Positions 25,131-38,777 of a stretch of DNA of 39,826 nucleotides are shown piece after piece. Where the stretch lies: contig NW_021835502.1 of assembly GCF_006345805.1 (NCBI RefSeq), positions 1-39,826 on the forward strand, read 5' to 3'. Both the position numbers and the translations under genes were made by a program. Within the stretch, counting starts at the first letter, position 1, and every line of letters begins with the position of its first letter. Origin of the DNA: Octopus sinensis (lineage: Eukaryota). Below the pieces are notes generated by a model. That model had not been told where the DNA came from. It searched no databases and was given only the letters and a program-made list of their open reading frames with translations.

Positions 25131-25448
25131 ATATTCCTAATTATTCTAAAGCGCGTGTATTATCCATATGTGTGTGTAAATATGAATATATGAATGTGTG
25201 TGTGAACGAGTGTGCGTACGTTTGCGTGACATTATTAACAATAGGAATATTGCGTGAGGAAATTTTGAAAGGGGTGTCGGAGCGTGAAAAGCTAAATAAA
25301 ATTGATGCTAATGTGTGTGTATACGTGCGTGTGCTTGCATCGTATGTGCGTATATAAGAACATGTATATGTGTGTTTTTAAAACACTTTATAAAAAAGAA
25401 TAACAAGATCTGTTTCATTCCTTTATTCCTTCATATATATACATATAT

Positions 25449-25489
<41 letters not shown>

Positions 25490-26025
25490 GTTGTACATAT
25501 ATATGCATAGGTATGACGACGCGTAGGCTTTGGAAAATTTAGTAGAAGTCGACAATCTCAATAACAAATAACAGAAAGAAAAAATATATCCATTTTTAGA
25601 CGAACACACTATGTATATATATATATTAGATTCTCCTAAATCCGCCATTATATCTAAAAGGTTTCACTTAACGAAATTTAATTTGCTGCTTTACTTTCTG
25701 AAAAGAAATGAGAAATAAATACAGAAAAAAAAAAGAATAATAAAAAAAAATATTTAAAAAAATAATAAAAAGTCCACCACCACCACCACCACCCACCCAT
25801 AAAAAAAAAGAAATTAATGACACTCAATAAGAAGTATAAAAAAAACACAACAAAGCCAGCGTTATTCTGTTTATTTGTTTATTTTTTAATTTTCTGATGA
25901 AAAAAAAAGCAAAATTTAATACACTCCAGTAATAACGATAATGACAATAGGAACAATGATAGTGATGACAATGCTGCTGCTTATGATGATGATGAGGGGG
26001 AGGAGGAGGAGGACTGTGATGGTAA

Positions 26026-26029
<4 letters not shown>

Positions 26030-26084
<55 letters not shown>

Positions 26085-26183
26085 TGATAAAAAGTACTAG
26101 TGCTTTCTGTTTCATTCCGTTTTAACGAAGAGGATTTCTGTTATTTTATCAAATATAAACAATAATAGCTAGTACTACTACTT

Positions 26184-26223
<40 letters not shown>

Positions 26224-26237
26224 ATAATGCTAAAAAT

Positions 26238-26271
<34 letters not shown>

Positions 26272-26360
26272 TAATAATAATAATAAAATAATAATGATAA
26301 TAATAATAATAATGATGATAATCATAATAATAATAATAATAATAATATAATAATAATAAT
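26030..26360. repeat. (AAT)n and (CTA)n microsatellites
   Basis: Direct reading. Confidence 0.9.
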
Positions 26361-27077
26361 CATGATAATTGTCATTATTATCATTATAATACCAATAAGC
26401 ACAATAATAGCAGCAGCAACAACAACAGCAACAACAACAATAGCAACGATAGTAATGATAATCTTTTCGGCCTCATCACATAATAGAAGTAACATTTTCA
26501 GAATTAATAAACGTCTCCAAAGAACAGGAGGTCTTCGAAATGGTAAGCATGAGTTATGCTGTTGCTCTGTTGTTGTTGTTGTTGTTCTTGTTTTGGTTTC
26601 TGTTGCTGCTGCTGCTCATGTTGTTGTTGTTGTTGTTTTAGCACTTATCAAAGAATTCATTTATTTCTAGAACCCATTAAAAAGGAATATTTTTTTGCTC
26701 GGTGCAATCTTCTGTTTCCCTTAAGCCAAATTATCAATCTAGCTTCGTCGCAACCATCAGCATCATCATCATCATCATCGCCCACCAGAACTACTAGTAG
26801 CAAAATCACCAACAATAGCAACATCACTTGTACCAACACCAATTCCAACCACTGCTAGCAACGTCAACAACTATAATATCAAAACACCGACAACACCTAA
26901 GGCAGTAATGCCATGGGCAACAAGAACAATAAAAACAACAACACCAGCATCTACCACCACCACAGGAAACTACAACCACTACACCACTTGTAACATCGTG
27001 GACAATAACAATCCATCACCACCAACAACGCTACCGTGACCAATAACGACAACAACAACGCTACCAAGGCCAATAAT

Positions 27078-27445
27078 TATTTCTTTACTACCCACAAGGG
27101 GCTAAACACAGAGAGGACAAACAAGGACAGACACACGGATTAAGTCGATTATATCGACCCCAGTGCATAACTGGTACTTATTTAATCGACCCCGAAAGGA
27201 TGAAAGGCAAAGTCGACCTCGGCAGAATTTGAAATCAGAACGTAGCGGCAGACGAAATACCTATTTCTTTACTACCCACAAGGGGCTAAACACAGAGGGG
27301 ACAAACAAGGACAGACACACGGATTAAGTCGATTATATCGACCCTAGTGCATAGCTGGTACTTATTTAATTGATCCCGAAAGGATGAAAAGCAAAGTCGA
27401 CCTCGGCGGAATTTGAACTCAGAACGTAGTGGCAGACGAAATGCC
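27078..27445 (-). mobile_element. SINE A dimer, both units headless
   Basis: Junction reads GAAATACCTATTTC on + at 27254-27267; the upstream unit is also cut at GGCATTTCGTC. Confidence 0.9.
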
Positions 27446-27843
27446 TATATCGAAAAGCATTTTGTAAGACGTTCCAGCGACAGACAAAGGCAAATTGAAG
27501 GACGGCAGAATCGATCTGAGTATAGTACTGGTACTATATTTATCGTTCCTCGATTCTTGCTTGGATTCCAACCCGGAACCAATACTGTAATGCATTTTAT
27601 CCAATGTTTTAACGACTCTTGCACCACCGATAATGATAACCGCCATGCCACATGCAGGACTGCTTTATTCCGTCCAATTGAAACACAATATGGCTACCGT
27701 ATTAAGGAGAATTTTGGTTGCCATTTTGCAGTAGAATCAGCGACTTCATCTGCCTCTAGTTGTTAGCGCAACGTCTTTTCATCTACAACAGCAACCAACA
27801 TTCTCACCGCCACAACCAGTATTTCAACTTCTACAACTACGAC

Positions 27844-27844
<1 letters not shown>

Positions 27845-27874
<30 letters not shown>

Positions 27875-27940
27875 AAGAAGAAGAAGAAGAAGAAGAAGAA
27901 GAAGAAGAAGAAGAAGAAGAAGAAGAAGAAGAAGAAGAAG
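27845..27940. repeat. pure (AAG)n, about 32 units
   Basis: Direct reading; homopurine mirror repeat. Confidence 0.95.
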
Positions 27941-28714
27941 ATCATAATCATCATCATCATCATCATCATTATCATCATCATGATCGGTCGATATATCGTG
28001 AGCTCTGGGTCGTCTGCTTTTTACCTGCAACATAAAAGAAAATTGTGTAGTCAAAAACCGATGGACTTCATTGCGTCTCCCTGGTGTCTGGCGTCTAACA
28101 CATGGCATCTGATGCTAAAACTTCTTCGATATCTGAACAAAAAGACGAAAAGTAATAGAGAGAATTCTTCCATTCATTCGTTTATTTATTTATTGCCGTT
28201 CATTAATGTATCTTAAAATTTCGAAACCTGAGGCAAATTCTACTATGAATGTAAAAAATTTTTACATGGCTTTTTTCTCTTTTTTTTTTTTTGTATAGTG
28301 TGGGATTGGGGGAGTTTAAGTTTTGGAAGTAGGGTACTATAGCTTTAGCTTTCCAATATTTTTAAAACAATTTTCAGTTCACAAATGGAGTTTCGTAAAC
28401 TAAAATACAAATTATAATGGAAGTATGTAATATAAATGAAAAAACCGTAAAACACGCGCATGCGCACGCATATACAATGGCTGTGGAAGTTAAAAGGATG
28501 TGTCTGAGAATATTTATGTGCTTATCTATGTGTAAATGTGTTGAGATTTACTTATGTTAAATAATGTTTTTTTAACATTTGAGCTCGAAGAAGATAAAGC
28601 TATAAATAATAGCATTCTTATTTATAGTTTTATGTATAAATAATAGTCCAATCAATAAAATGAAACGAATTATTTCATATCCTCTCCAAATATCTTCATT
28701 TTTGTGACGTAAAC

Positions 28715-29410
28715 AACACACACAGACACACACTCACACACAAACACACACTCACACACACAACACACTCACACACAACACTCACCAGAGCACACTCACA
28801 CACAGACACACACTCACACACAGACACACACTCACACACAGACACACACTCACACACAGACACACACTCACACACAGACACACACTCACACACAGACACA
28901 CACTCACACACAGACACACACTCACACACAGACACACACTCACACACAAACACACACTCACACACAACACACACACTCACACACAGACACACACTCACAC
29001 ACAGACACACACTCACCACACACACACTCACACCACAGACACACACTCACACACAGACACACACTCACACACAGACACACACTCACACACAGACACACAC
29101 TCACACACAGACACACACTCACACACAGACACACACTCACACACAAACACACACTCACACACAGACACACACTCACACACAGACACACACTCACACACAG
29201 ACACACACTCACACACAGACACACACTCACACACAGACACACACTCACACACAGACACACACTCACACACAGACACACACTCACACACAAACACACACTC
29301 ACACACAAACACACACTCACACACAGACACACACTCACACACAGACACACACTCACACACAGACACACACTCACACACAAACACACACTCACACACAGAC
29401 ACACACTCAC
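28715..29410. repeat. 18-bp minisatellite ACACACTCACACACAGAC, roughly 35-38 units
   Basis: Direct reading; source of the VSVCLC/CECVSV ORFs. Confidence 0.95.
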
Positions 29411-29504
29411 ATATATATATATATATATATTAATAAATAAAACATATGCATATATATATACATATATGTACGTACCTACCTTTACATGTATATATACACG
29501 CATA

Positions 29505-29800
29505 TATGAGTACAGGACACCAAAAAAATGTCGAACACAATGAGAAACGAAAACATAGACACAAACCCAAGGAACTGGACATTTTTCTTAAACAACAAAA
29601 AAATAGAGTACAGGACAAATAACACAATAAACCCCTTCTTCAGTCGCCATGGTTTCATCTACTCTACGTTTCGAAGGTGAAGGCGAGACGTATCTTCGAT
29701 AGAAACTTTCCTTCCTGCGAAAAGCAAATCAAATAAAATTTGAGATCTTTTTGCAGAGGGGTAAAAATGGTAACAAAAACAGGACATGAAGACGAAACTA
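29505..29800 (-). mobile_element. third short Penelope-type terminal fragment (different family)
   Basis: Minus strand ...CTTCGAAACGTAGAGTAGATGAAACCATGGCGACTGAAGAAGGGG..., ending in a TA-rich flank; the assignment is inference. Confidence 0.45.
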
Positions 29801-29942
29801 TATATGTTATACAGTTAGAGAATTATATGTATGTATATATACATACAGAGTGTAAAGTACAAAAATATTATACTCACACTGCTTTCATTCTCTCTTTATA
29901 TATGTGTGCATATACATACACACACAAAGACACACACAAAGA

Positions 29943-30165
29943 CTACCCACAAGGGGCTAGACACAGAGGGGACAAACAAGGACAGACAAACGGATTCAGT
30001 CGATTATATCGACCCCAGTGCGTGGCTGGTACTTAATTTATCGACCCCGAAAGGATGAAAGGCAAAGTCGACCTCGGCAGAATTTGAACTCAGAACGTAA
30101 CGACAGACGAAATACGGCTACACATTTCGTCCGACGTGCTAAAGTTTCTGCCAGCTCGCCGCCTT
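29943..30165 (-). mobile_element. SINE A monomer with clipped tail
   Basis: Head AAGGCGGCGAGCTGGCAGAAAC, B-box, central domain. Confidence 0.9.
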
Positions 30166-31307
30166 CACTCACATACTTATTTTCAGATAAAGGGCGTGAA
30201 TCCCATGGTTCAATATCAAGGTCAATGCAAGATACATAGATAGTGTTTATTCAGATATTAAACTACGTGTGACCTTACGGGAGCACAATTATTTCAGGAC
30301 GTGGTCAAATCTTGTCAAACATGCTAACTTTTGGCAATATAAGATCACCTGATGAAACAATTCTCTGCTGTAAGCATCACACTTATTAGATAAAGCTGAT
30401 TGTGTGCGTGTATATTTATATATATGTATGTATATAGACAGGTAGACAGACAGATAGACTGACAGACAGACATGTAGATAGAGAGAGAGAGAGAGAAAGA
30501 AAGACGGAGAGACAGAGAGACAGAGAGGCAGGCAGACAGAGGGTGAGATAATGTCTATTTCTTTATGGGAAGATGCTGAATATCAAGCGATTAAGTAATG
30601 ATATGGTGGCGAATTCAACAGCGCGAAAATTTATTATGAAGGAAAAGAACGGCGTGAAAATCGAATACAGGTGTAGAGTTAAAACAGCGTACAGAGCCGT
30701 AGAGAAGAGAGCAAAGATCTAATTCAATAGAACGGTTGAGGGCTGACACACAGCATGGAGGGAATGCTTTGGATAAAAGGAGGATTATTTTGGAGGGAAA
30801 AATAACTGGAAATGTTACAGCCAGCTCGAAATCAAAACGAACTTAGGTGACAAATTGTTATCGTTTTGCCTTAGAGGCGTGTTCGACTGTCTCTTTGAAG
30901 TATCATTATTACCAAAGAGTTTTCTATAAATTACGCTAGAAAATGCAATTATCGCAGAAATTACAGCGGAATCAAACAAGAGGTTAGTTAGCAAATTGGA
31001 TCGCAAAACCATTCTGTTGGAATTCAAAATAATGATCAATTAGGTTGATCTCTGTTTTATATTTCCGTTCATTGAAACATATACATCCTGACATACATAA
31101 ATACATACATACATTCATACATACATACATGCGTACATTCACATATATTCACACACTTCCACATGCAGGTATACAGGCACGTATATGAATGGATGACTCT
31201 ATAATCATATAGATAGACAGATAGAAAAGCAGAAACAGAGATATGTAGATATATATACACACACATGCACATGAGCACGTAATATATTTATGCATGTAAG
31301 TATGCAC

Positions 31308-31345
<38 letters not shown>

Positions 31346-31388
31346 TGTGTGTGTGTGTGTGTGTGTTGTGTGTGTGTATATACATCTA

Positions 31389-31442
<54 letters not shown>

Positions 31443-31564
31443 GTATATATTTATATACTTATATATATATGTATATATATACACACATATGTATATAGGT
31501 ATGTACAGACTTGTATAGGTAGATAATGTGCATATTTAGGTATACACACATAAATATGTGTGTA

Positions 31565-31602
<38 letters not shown>

Positions 31603-31659
31603 CATATATATATCCATACTCATAACAATATATATATATGTGTGTGTGTGTAGATAAAT

Positions 31660-31986
<327 letters not shown>

Positions 31987-32371
31987 AAGAAAGAAAGATA
32001 GTTAGATATCCATGTATGAATGTGTGCATGCAAGCATACATGCGGCGTATATCAATGAAAATTTGCGTGAAAGTATCTGAACGCCATTTTTAACGTATGT
32101 TTTTCGCGTTCGATAATCGTGTGAAAGAGACGATGTGAAATAATGGTAAACGGGAAGACGGGAAGAAGGTGTGTGTTAGTGAGAGAATGGTAAAGGAGGG
32201 AGTGGGTGTCAGTAAGATGAGTTGCGGTTCTGGTCAGGGAAGAATTACATTCCCTTCGTTCAGCATCGATATCGAGTTAATAATACACAGAGATTACGAA
32301 CACATGAACATTGCGATGTCTCTCACGCTATCTCTGGAACTAACATTGCATATGTACATATATGCATGCAT

Positions 32372-32452
<81 letters not shown>

Positions 32453-32663
32453 AGTACATACGCACATATATATGCATATAGACATTCATATGTACATCTA
32501 TATATGTATATATATATATGTGTGTGTGTGTATGTATATAATATATGTATGTGTGCGTATATATATGTATGTATATGCATGCATACGTGTATATTCAAAT
32601 ATATGTTACATTTGCATATATGCTCATATATGTTTATATATATACATGCATGTATATATATGG

Positions 32664-32704
<41 letters not shown>

Positions 32705-32774
32705 TTATAGAGAGAGTTAGAAATATATATATATAAGAGAGAGAGAGAAATATATATGTATATATATGTTTATA

Positions 32775-32824
<50 letters not shown>

Positions 32825-33236
32825 TATATAGTGAGAGAGAGAGAGACAGAGACAGAGGCACAAGAAGAGAGCTGCACATCTACAAACGCACAAGCTTACA
32901 AACAGTTTGATGTAATCACATATGTGCACAAGCATGTGTGTTTTGAGACGGTAATAATGCGTGTTCCCACTCTGTAGAAGAAGCTCCGGTGTAATTTTCA
33001 GTAGAACTGAAACAAGCGCCATAATTCTGGATGCAGCAAGACAAAATACAGATTCCTCAGATCTGTCAGTTGACAAATCTATGATGTGAGGCACCGGAAT
33101 CAACCAGAACTGTTTATTCGTTAAAATCTTGGCGTGGAAAAAAGTAGTAGTCGTACATATACTGAGAGAGAGGCACAAACATACGCATATACGTCTATAT
33201 ATACATATGTATTTATGTATCACACACATATATATA

Positions 33237-33275
33237 CAGTAATATCTCGCTATATCGCGGTTCACCTCTCTCGGT
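33237..33275 (+). mobile_element. single Tigger/pogo-like terminal inverted repeat
   Basis: TA|CAGTAATATCTCGCTATATCGCGGTTCACC resembles Tigger-type termini from recall; the partner end was not found. Confidence 0.45.
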
Positions 33276-33370
33276 TTATTATTTAAGCTTACGTCGATGC
33301 CTCCGTGGTATTGCTTTGCATTTATAATAAAATAAGTATATACAAATTATGAAAATAAGTTTTAAAATAT

Positions 33371-33452
33371 GATTGAGTAATGTGCAAAATAATAAATAAA
33401 GCGTATATATATATTTGGTATATATAAATAAAACGTATATATATATATAAAC

Positions 33453-33503
<51 letters not shown>

Positions 33504-33545
33504 AAATATATACGTTTTATTTATTATTTTGCACATTACTTAATC
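33371..33545. repeat. foldback inverted repeat (about 46-50 bp arms) around (TA)n
   Basis: GATTGAGTAATGTGCAAAATAATAAATAAAGCGTATA..TTTGGTA versus TACCAAATATATACGTTTTATTTATTATTTTGCACATTACTTAATC; 2 mismatches plus a TA-repeat indel. Confidence 0.9.
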
Positions 33546-34837
33546 ATCGGTATATTATTTTTTATCTGATATTTAATATTTTTATTATATGTAATTTTCT
33601 AGATGGTGTAATTTAATTTTTCATTTTGAATTGATAAAAGGTATTTTATATATATATGTATATGTAAAAAAATACAAACTGGGACAAGAACGCAAAACAT
33701 TTAGAAGACGATACAAAAAACACGGACGGGACATTCGAAGCCTTCAATCTTCAGTCAAGAACCGGATCATCCTCGCAATTTCGGCTGGTGCCATTTGGGT
33801 AAAGAATGTTAAGAAGGTCGCTTCGCAACAGGAGATCTGGGAACGATCCAAGTATGTGACTTCTTGGCGAAAGAACAATTTTCTGTTGCCTCAAGTGGAT
33901 CCATATGGACTAAAATGCAGCCACTAGGATGACGACTGGGTGATCAAAGTGTCGTTCTTTTTATCTTGCGAGATTTAGAAATTCTCGTTGAAACGGATGG
34001 CGATTTTAGCATTTAGAGTGGTATAAGAGCATTAACTGCAAATGTAGTGGCATGCTAGTGAAAGGTCCGTGGCATGTATCGAACTATCATTCTGAAACCG
34101 AGAAAATTAACGTAGATGCATCAATCGAAGTAAGTGAAACATCATTTCTCCGGAAAATCCGCGCCTTTGAGGAAGTGCAAAACTCCGAAACGTTATGTTC
34201 TACACTGCCAACAAAGATTGACTGATCAAACCCTTTTATAAACTTAACTATTAAGTACTTATTTCTAACGCAGACCGTCACCAGTTTATTGTATTCTAGA
34301 TTTTACCTTATAATATTGCTAAGATATCTAGTAAGTAAGCCAATCAGATTAAATATCAAACATTGTGGTCAGTTTAACAGAGAAGCAGCGTGAGATATTA
34401 GTTGCTAGGATTATTAGATCGATAAATCCCTATGATGGATAATTTACTTGTCAACGACATTCGTTCTATCTTTGCTTGTTTAATTATATAACGTGCTACG
34501 TCATAAAGAAGATGATATGGAGAGAGAGAGAGAGAAGAGGTGAGATGGGCAGTTAGGTAGGTAGATATAAAGATAGATGAATAGATAGATAGATAAATAG
34601 ATAGCATTTCTCAGAATATTAATTGTAAAATGATGGCATCATTATTAGTCACATAGTGAGTGTGTGTGTGCGTGCGAATGTGTGTGTTTGCCAGTGTGTG
34701 AACGTGTGTATGTATACATGTATACATGCGTGTATATGTGTACATACTCACATACGTAACACACACACATAAACACACACATATATATTAAGAATAGAGA
34801 GATAGACGAAGGACTAGATAGACCCCCCCCCACCATG

Positions 34838-34974
34838 TGTCTTGGGTTCGCCTCCACTGCACAGCACCCTGCGCAAGTGTCTTCTACTATATTCGCAGGT
34901 CAACAAAATCTTTGTGAGAAGATTTGGTAGATGGAAACTGATTCAAATGCGCATTATATAAAAACAGCTATATG

Positions 34975-35008
<34 letters not shown>

Positions 35009-35108
35009 TGTATGTATGTATGTATGTATGTATGTATGTGTGCGTGTATGTTTGACCCTTACCAAATTTTGCCAACTGGAGTTTGTTTACGTCCCCGTAA
35101 CTTACCAC
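34838..35108 (+). mobile_element. SINE family B, degenerate, with internal (TATG)n
   Basis: GGGTTCGCCTCCACTGC..GCAAGTGTCTTCTACTAT..GATTTGGTAGATGGAAACTGA..GTTTACGTCCCCGTAACTTA. Confidence 0.7.
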
Positions 35109-35147
35109 TAGAATATTCTAAGAAAAATTAGTATTGGAGTTTGGTTT

Positions 35148-35227
<80 letters not shown>

Positions 35228-35236
35228 TATGAACAC

Positions 35237-35443
35237 GGTGAGCTGGCAGAAACGTTAGCGCGCCGGGCGAAATGATTTGCGGTATTTCGTCTGTCGTTAC
35301 GTTCTGAGTTCAAATTCCGCCGAGGTCGACTTTGCCTTTCATCCTTTCGGGGTCGATAAATAAAGTACCAGTTTCGCACTGGGGTCGATGTAATCGACTT
35401 AATCCCTTTGTCTATCCTTGTTAGTCCCCTCTATGTTTAGCCC
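35237..35443 (+). mobile_element. SINE A monomer, 3'-clipped
   Basis: GAGCTGGCAGAAACGTTAGC head through TTTAGCCC. Confidence 0.9.
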
Positions 35444-36486
35444 ACAAACACACACACACACACACTCTGAGAGAGATGACAAAATTTGCGTGGTAGAAAA
35501 CTGGAAGACAATTTGCGTGTGATAGCTAAAAAGGACACATGATCTGCTTCTGTAAGCCCAAACAAAAACAACGTAGCAGACAATGTGAATGCGTCGAAGC
35601 TTAATGATCAAACTTGCTCGAGGCCGTGGAGATTAAGCATAAAAGCAAAAATGGCGACTGCTTTACAGAACCGCTAATATCCCTGAGCTTTCAACTGGCG
35701 TTAGACAAAATCGTTCGAAGCTGGATGAAGCATTGAAGGGAGAGAGAAAGCAAAAGAAGTGGAAAATCAAACATATTATAAGGAATTTGCATAAATTTGC
35801 ATAGATATGACAAGACTAGCAACAGTGTTTAACCTATGACATTGTTATATCAATATATTTACTTGGCATTTGACGGTGTTACGTCAAACTATTTATCTGT
35901 GATTTGACACTCTTGTATCTAACGGCTTAGTTTGAAACTTCATGGAGTTATGCCGATGTATCTTACTATGTATGTGCATGTGCGTGTGTGTGCGTGTGTG
36001 TGCGTGTGTCTGTGTGTCTAAGATTGTTTGCATTTATGTGTTTGCACGCATATAAATGTGAATATACACATATTTAGACGTATCTCTATATGCACATATA
36101 TATAAACACTCGTATAGAGAAATCAATGTGTATGTATAGTTTCACAAGTATGAAATATGTACAGACACACACACACACACATGCATGCACACGCATATCT
36201 GCATAGAGTAGAAGAGAGAGAGAGAGAGGGAGCGAGAGTGTGAGTGAGAAGTAGCGAGTGAAAAAACACATAAGAGATGGCCATAATAGGACATCTAACC
36301 CGCTAGAAGGAGTAGTTAAAATCCAAACCACTATTAGGGGTAATTTCGAAAGGGAATGAAAAATAAAACATTTACCATCTATTACCTATACCATGGTTTC
36401 AAGCTATCTTCGACAAATAAAATAATTTGCTAGGCGCAGCTATTATCATATATATATATACATATGTGTGTGTGTGTGTGTGTGTA

Positions 36487-36648
36487 CGACGAGTTTCTTC
36501 CAGTTTCCATCGACCAAATCCTCTCACAAGGCATTGGTTGGCCCATTGCTATAGTAAAAGACACTTGGCCCAGTTGCCACGCAGTGGGATTGAACCCGGA
36601 GTCCTGTGGTTGGAAAGCAAGCTTCTTACCACACAGCCATGCCTGCGT
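36487..36648 (-). mobile_element. SINE family B, 5' half with tRNA head
   Basis: A-box-like TGGCTGTGTGG and B-box GGGTTCAATCCC on the minus strand. Confidence 0.8.
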
Positions 36649-36659
36649 CTCTCTCTCTC

Positions 36660-36741
<82 letters not shown>

Positions 36742-36742
36742 T

Positions 36743-36776
<34 letters not shown>

Positions 36777-37175
36777 CACATACACACATACACACTCACA
36801 CACACATACACACACATAAACATGCACACGCACACACACTTATACACAGACATTCACGTGCACACATCTCCCTACTGTAGAATGCAAAACACTTAGCAAG
36901 TATTATTTCGCTTAGCGCAGAGCTAATGTGTCTAATATATTAATAATGCCCATTAACGTCCTTATCTTCTTCATAAGCGTCGCCATCTTTTTTCTGTCAT
37001 CATCGTGATCATCATCTTGATCATCATATTCATCATCACTGCCATCATCATCATCATCATCATCATCATCACCACTACCATTCTCTTATCATCAGTATCA
37101 GCATCATTATCATCATTACTACCGAGGTTGTATTAAATATCATGATAAATATTTAAATTGTTATTATTCTGACAC

Positions 37176-37370
37176 AAGGTGGCACGCTGAGCAAAATGCT
37201 TAGCGGCACTTCACCCGCCTTCGCGTTCCGAGTTCCAATTCCGCCGCAGTTGACTCTACTTTTTTATTCTTTCAAGATCGATAAATGAAGTACCATGTGA
37301 GTGCCGGAATCGAAATAATCGACTTATACCCAGCCCCGAAATTGCTGGCCTCACGCCAGAACTTGAAACT
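37176..37370 (+). mobile_element. old-type SINE A with (ATT)n tail
   Basis: Diverged head and central domain; tail CCCCGAAATTGCTGGCCTCACGCCAGAACTTGAAACT followed by (ATT)n. Confidence 0.75.
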
Positions 37371-37481
37371 ATTATTATTATTATTATTATTATTATTTAT
37401 TATTATTATTATTATTTTATTATTATTATATTATTATTATTATTATCATATTATTATTATTATTTATTATTATTATTATTA

Positions 37482-37522
<41 letters not shown>

Positions 37523-37523
37523 T

Positions 37524-37772
37524 CAGTAGTTTTATTTTTATAGCGTGCTTTCACTTCACTACCGATCGCAGCTCTGTGTGCCTTGGGTATGTGCTGTGAT
37601 TTGTTGTGATGCTCTGATGGTTATTGTATGGAAAGTGTTCTGCGTAGGATGTGTGCAGTGCCTAGTAGTGCAATTTTCTGTATGTTATATGTGTTTGTAA
37701 GTCCTGGTGTTTTTGTTATGTATTTGTCTGAGTATTTTTTTATCATGCCTAATGCACCTACTATGATAGGAA

Positions 37773-37776
<4 letters not shown>
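37524..37776 (-). mobile_element. 5'-truncated R4/Dong-like non-LTR retrotransposon 3' end embedded in (TAA)n
   Basis: TIPIIVGALGMIKKYSDKYITKTPGLTNTYNIQKIALLGTAHILRRTLSIQ* (stop 37621-37623), about 100-nt 3' UTR, TAA repeats on both sides. Confidence 0.88.
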
Positions 37777-37807
<31 letters not shown>

Positions 37808-37813
37808 TATATT

Positions 37814-38340
37814 AAGGCCGCGAGCTGGCAGAATCGTTTATCCTTTCGGGGTCGATTAAATAAGTACCAGTTAGGCACTAGGGGCGATGGAATCGACTAA
37901 ACCCCTCCCTCTAAATTTCAGGCTTTGTGCCTATCATAGAAAGTTTTATTACCATTCAGGCAACGTTAGCACGCCGGGCAAAATGCTTAGCGGTATTTCG
38001 TCTGCCGCTACGTTGTGAGTTCAAAATCCGCCGAGGTCGACTTTGCCTTTCATCCTTTCGGGGTCTATTAAATAAGTACCAGTTACGCACTGGGGTCGAT
38101 ATAATCAACTTAATTCGTTTGTCTGTCCTTGTTTGTCCTCTCTGTGTTTAGCCCCTTGTGGGTAGTAAAGAAATAGGTATTTCGTTTGCCGCTACGTTCT
38201 GAGTTCAAATTCCGCCGAGGTCGACTTTGCCTTTCATCCTTTCAGGGTCAATAAATTAAGTACCAGTTGCATACTCGAGTCGATCAAAGCGACTAGTCCC
38301 CTCCCCCAAATTTTCGGGCCTTGTGCCTAGAGGAGAAAAG
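37814..38340 (+). mobile_element. SINE A cluster: internally deleted old-type copy (37814-37943) + dimer (37961-38340, young tail then old tail)
   Basis: Junction GAAATA|GGTATTTC at 38175/38176; ends GGCCTTGTGCCTAG..(ATT)n. Confidence 0.88.
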
Positions 38341-38402
<62 letters not shown>

Positions 38403-38416
38403 CATTATTATTATCA

Positions 38417-38772
38417 TATGTTTGATTTTTACTTTGTATTTGTACAAGTCGATTCCACATCTAACCCAGAGGCCTTAAGAAACAAGAAGTTAGAGATTCA
38501 AGTTGGTGTTATGCCATATATTTTGTTTTGCACAAAGTATTGTTCTGGAGTGTGTTTAAGAAAACATAAGAAAATTATAAGTTTGTTTTAAAATTTCCTT
38601 CCATATTTTGCCAATTTCTAATTCAAGATCTTTGTAGTAGCTCAGTTTTTGGTAGGTCTTGACAGATACACTTATGTCGATTGGGACAGTCATATCAATG
38701 AGGAGGCATGATTTTTGTCAGAAATCTTTCAATATAATGTCTGGCCTATTCACATTTATCTCTCTATCATTT
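38417..38772 (-). mobile_element. R4/Dong-like non-LTR relic, restriction-like endonuclease domain + 3' end with (TAA)n tail
   Basis: NDREINVNRPDIILKDF*QKSCLLIDMTVPIDISVSVKTYQKLSYYKDLELEIGKIW (RPD...D...K..KY RLE motif). Confidence 0.88.
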
Positions 38773-38777
38773 TTTTT

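Noticed and set aside
30815-31039. Possible GPCR transmembrane fragment (IIAFSSVIYRKL)
   Set aside because: Short, no ATG or splice support, no neighbouring TM segments.
35620-35760. Possible LINE RT fragment (GDC...FQLALDKIVR; TGVRQ)
   Set aside because: The motifs are in different frames and out of the expected order; similarity is too weak.
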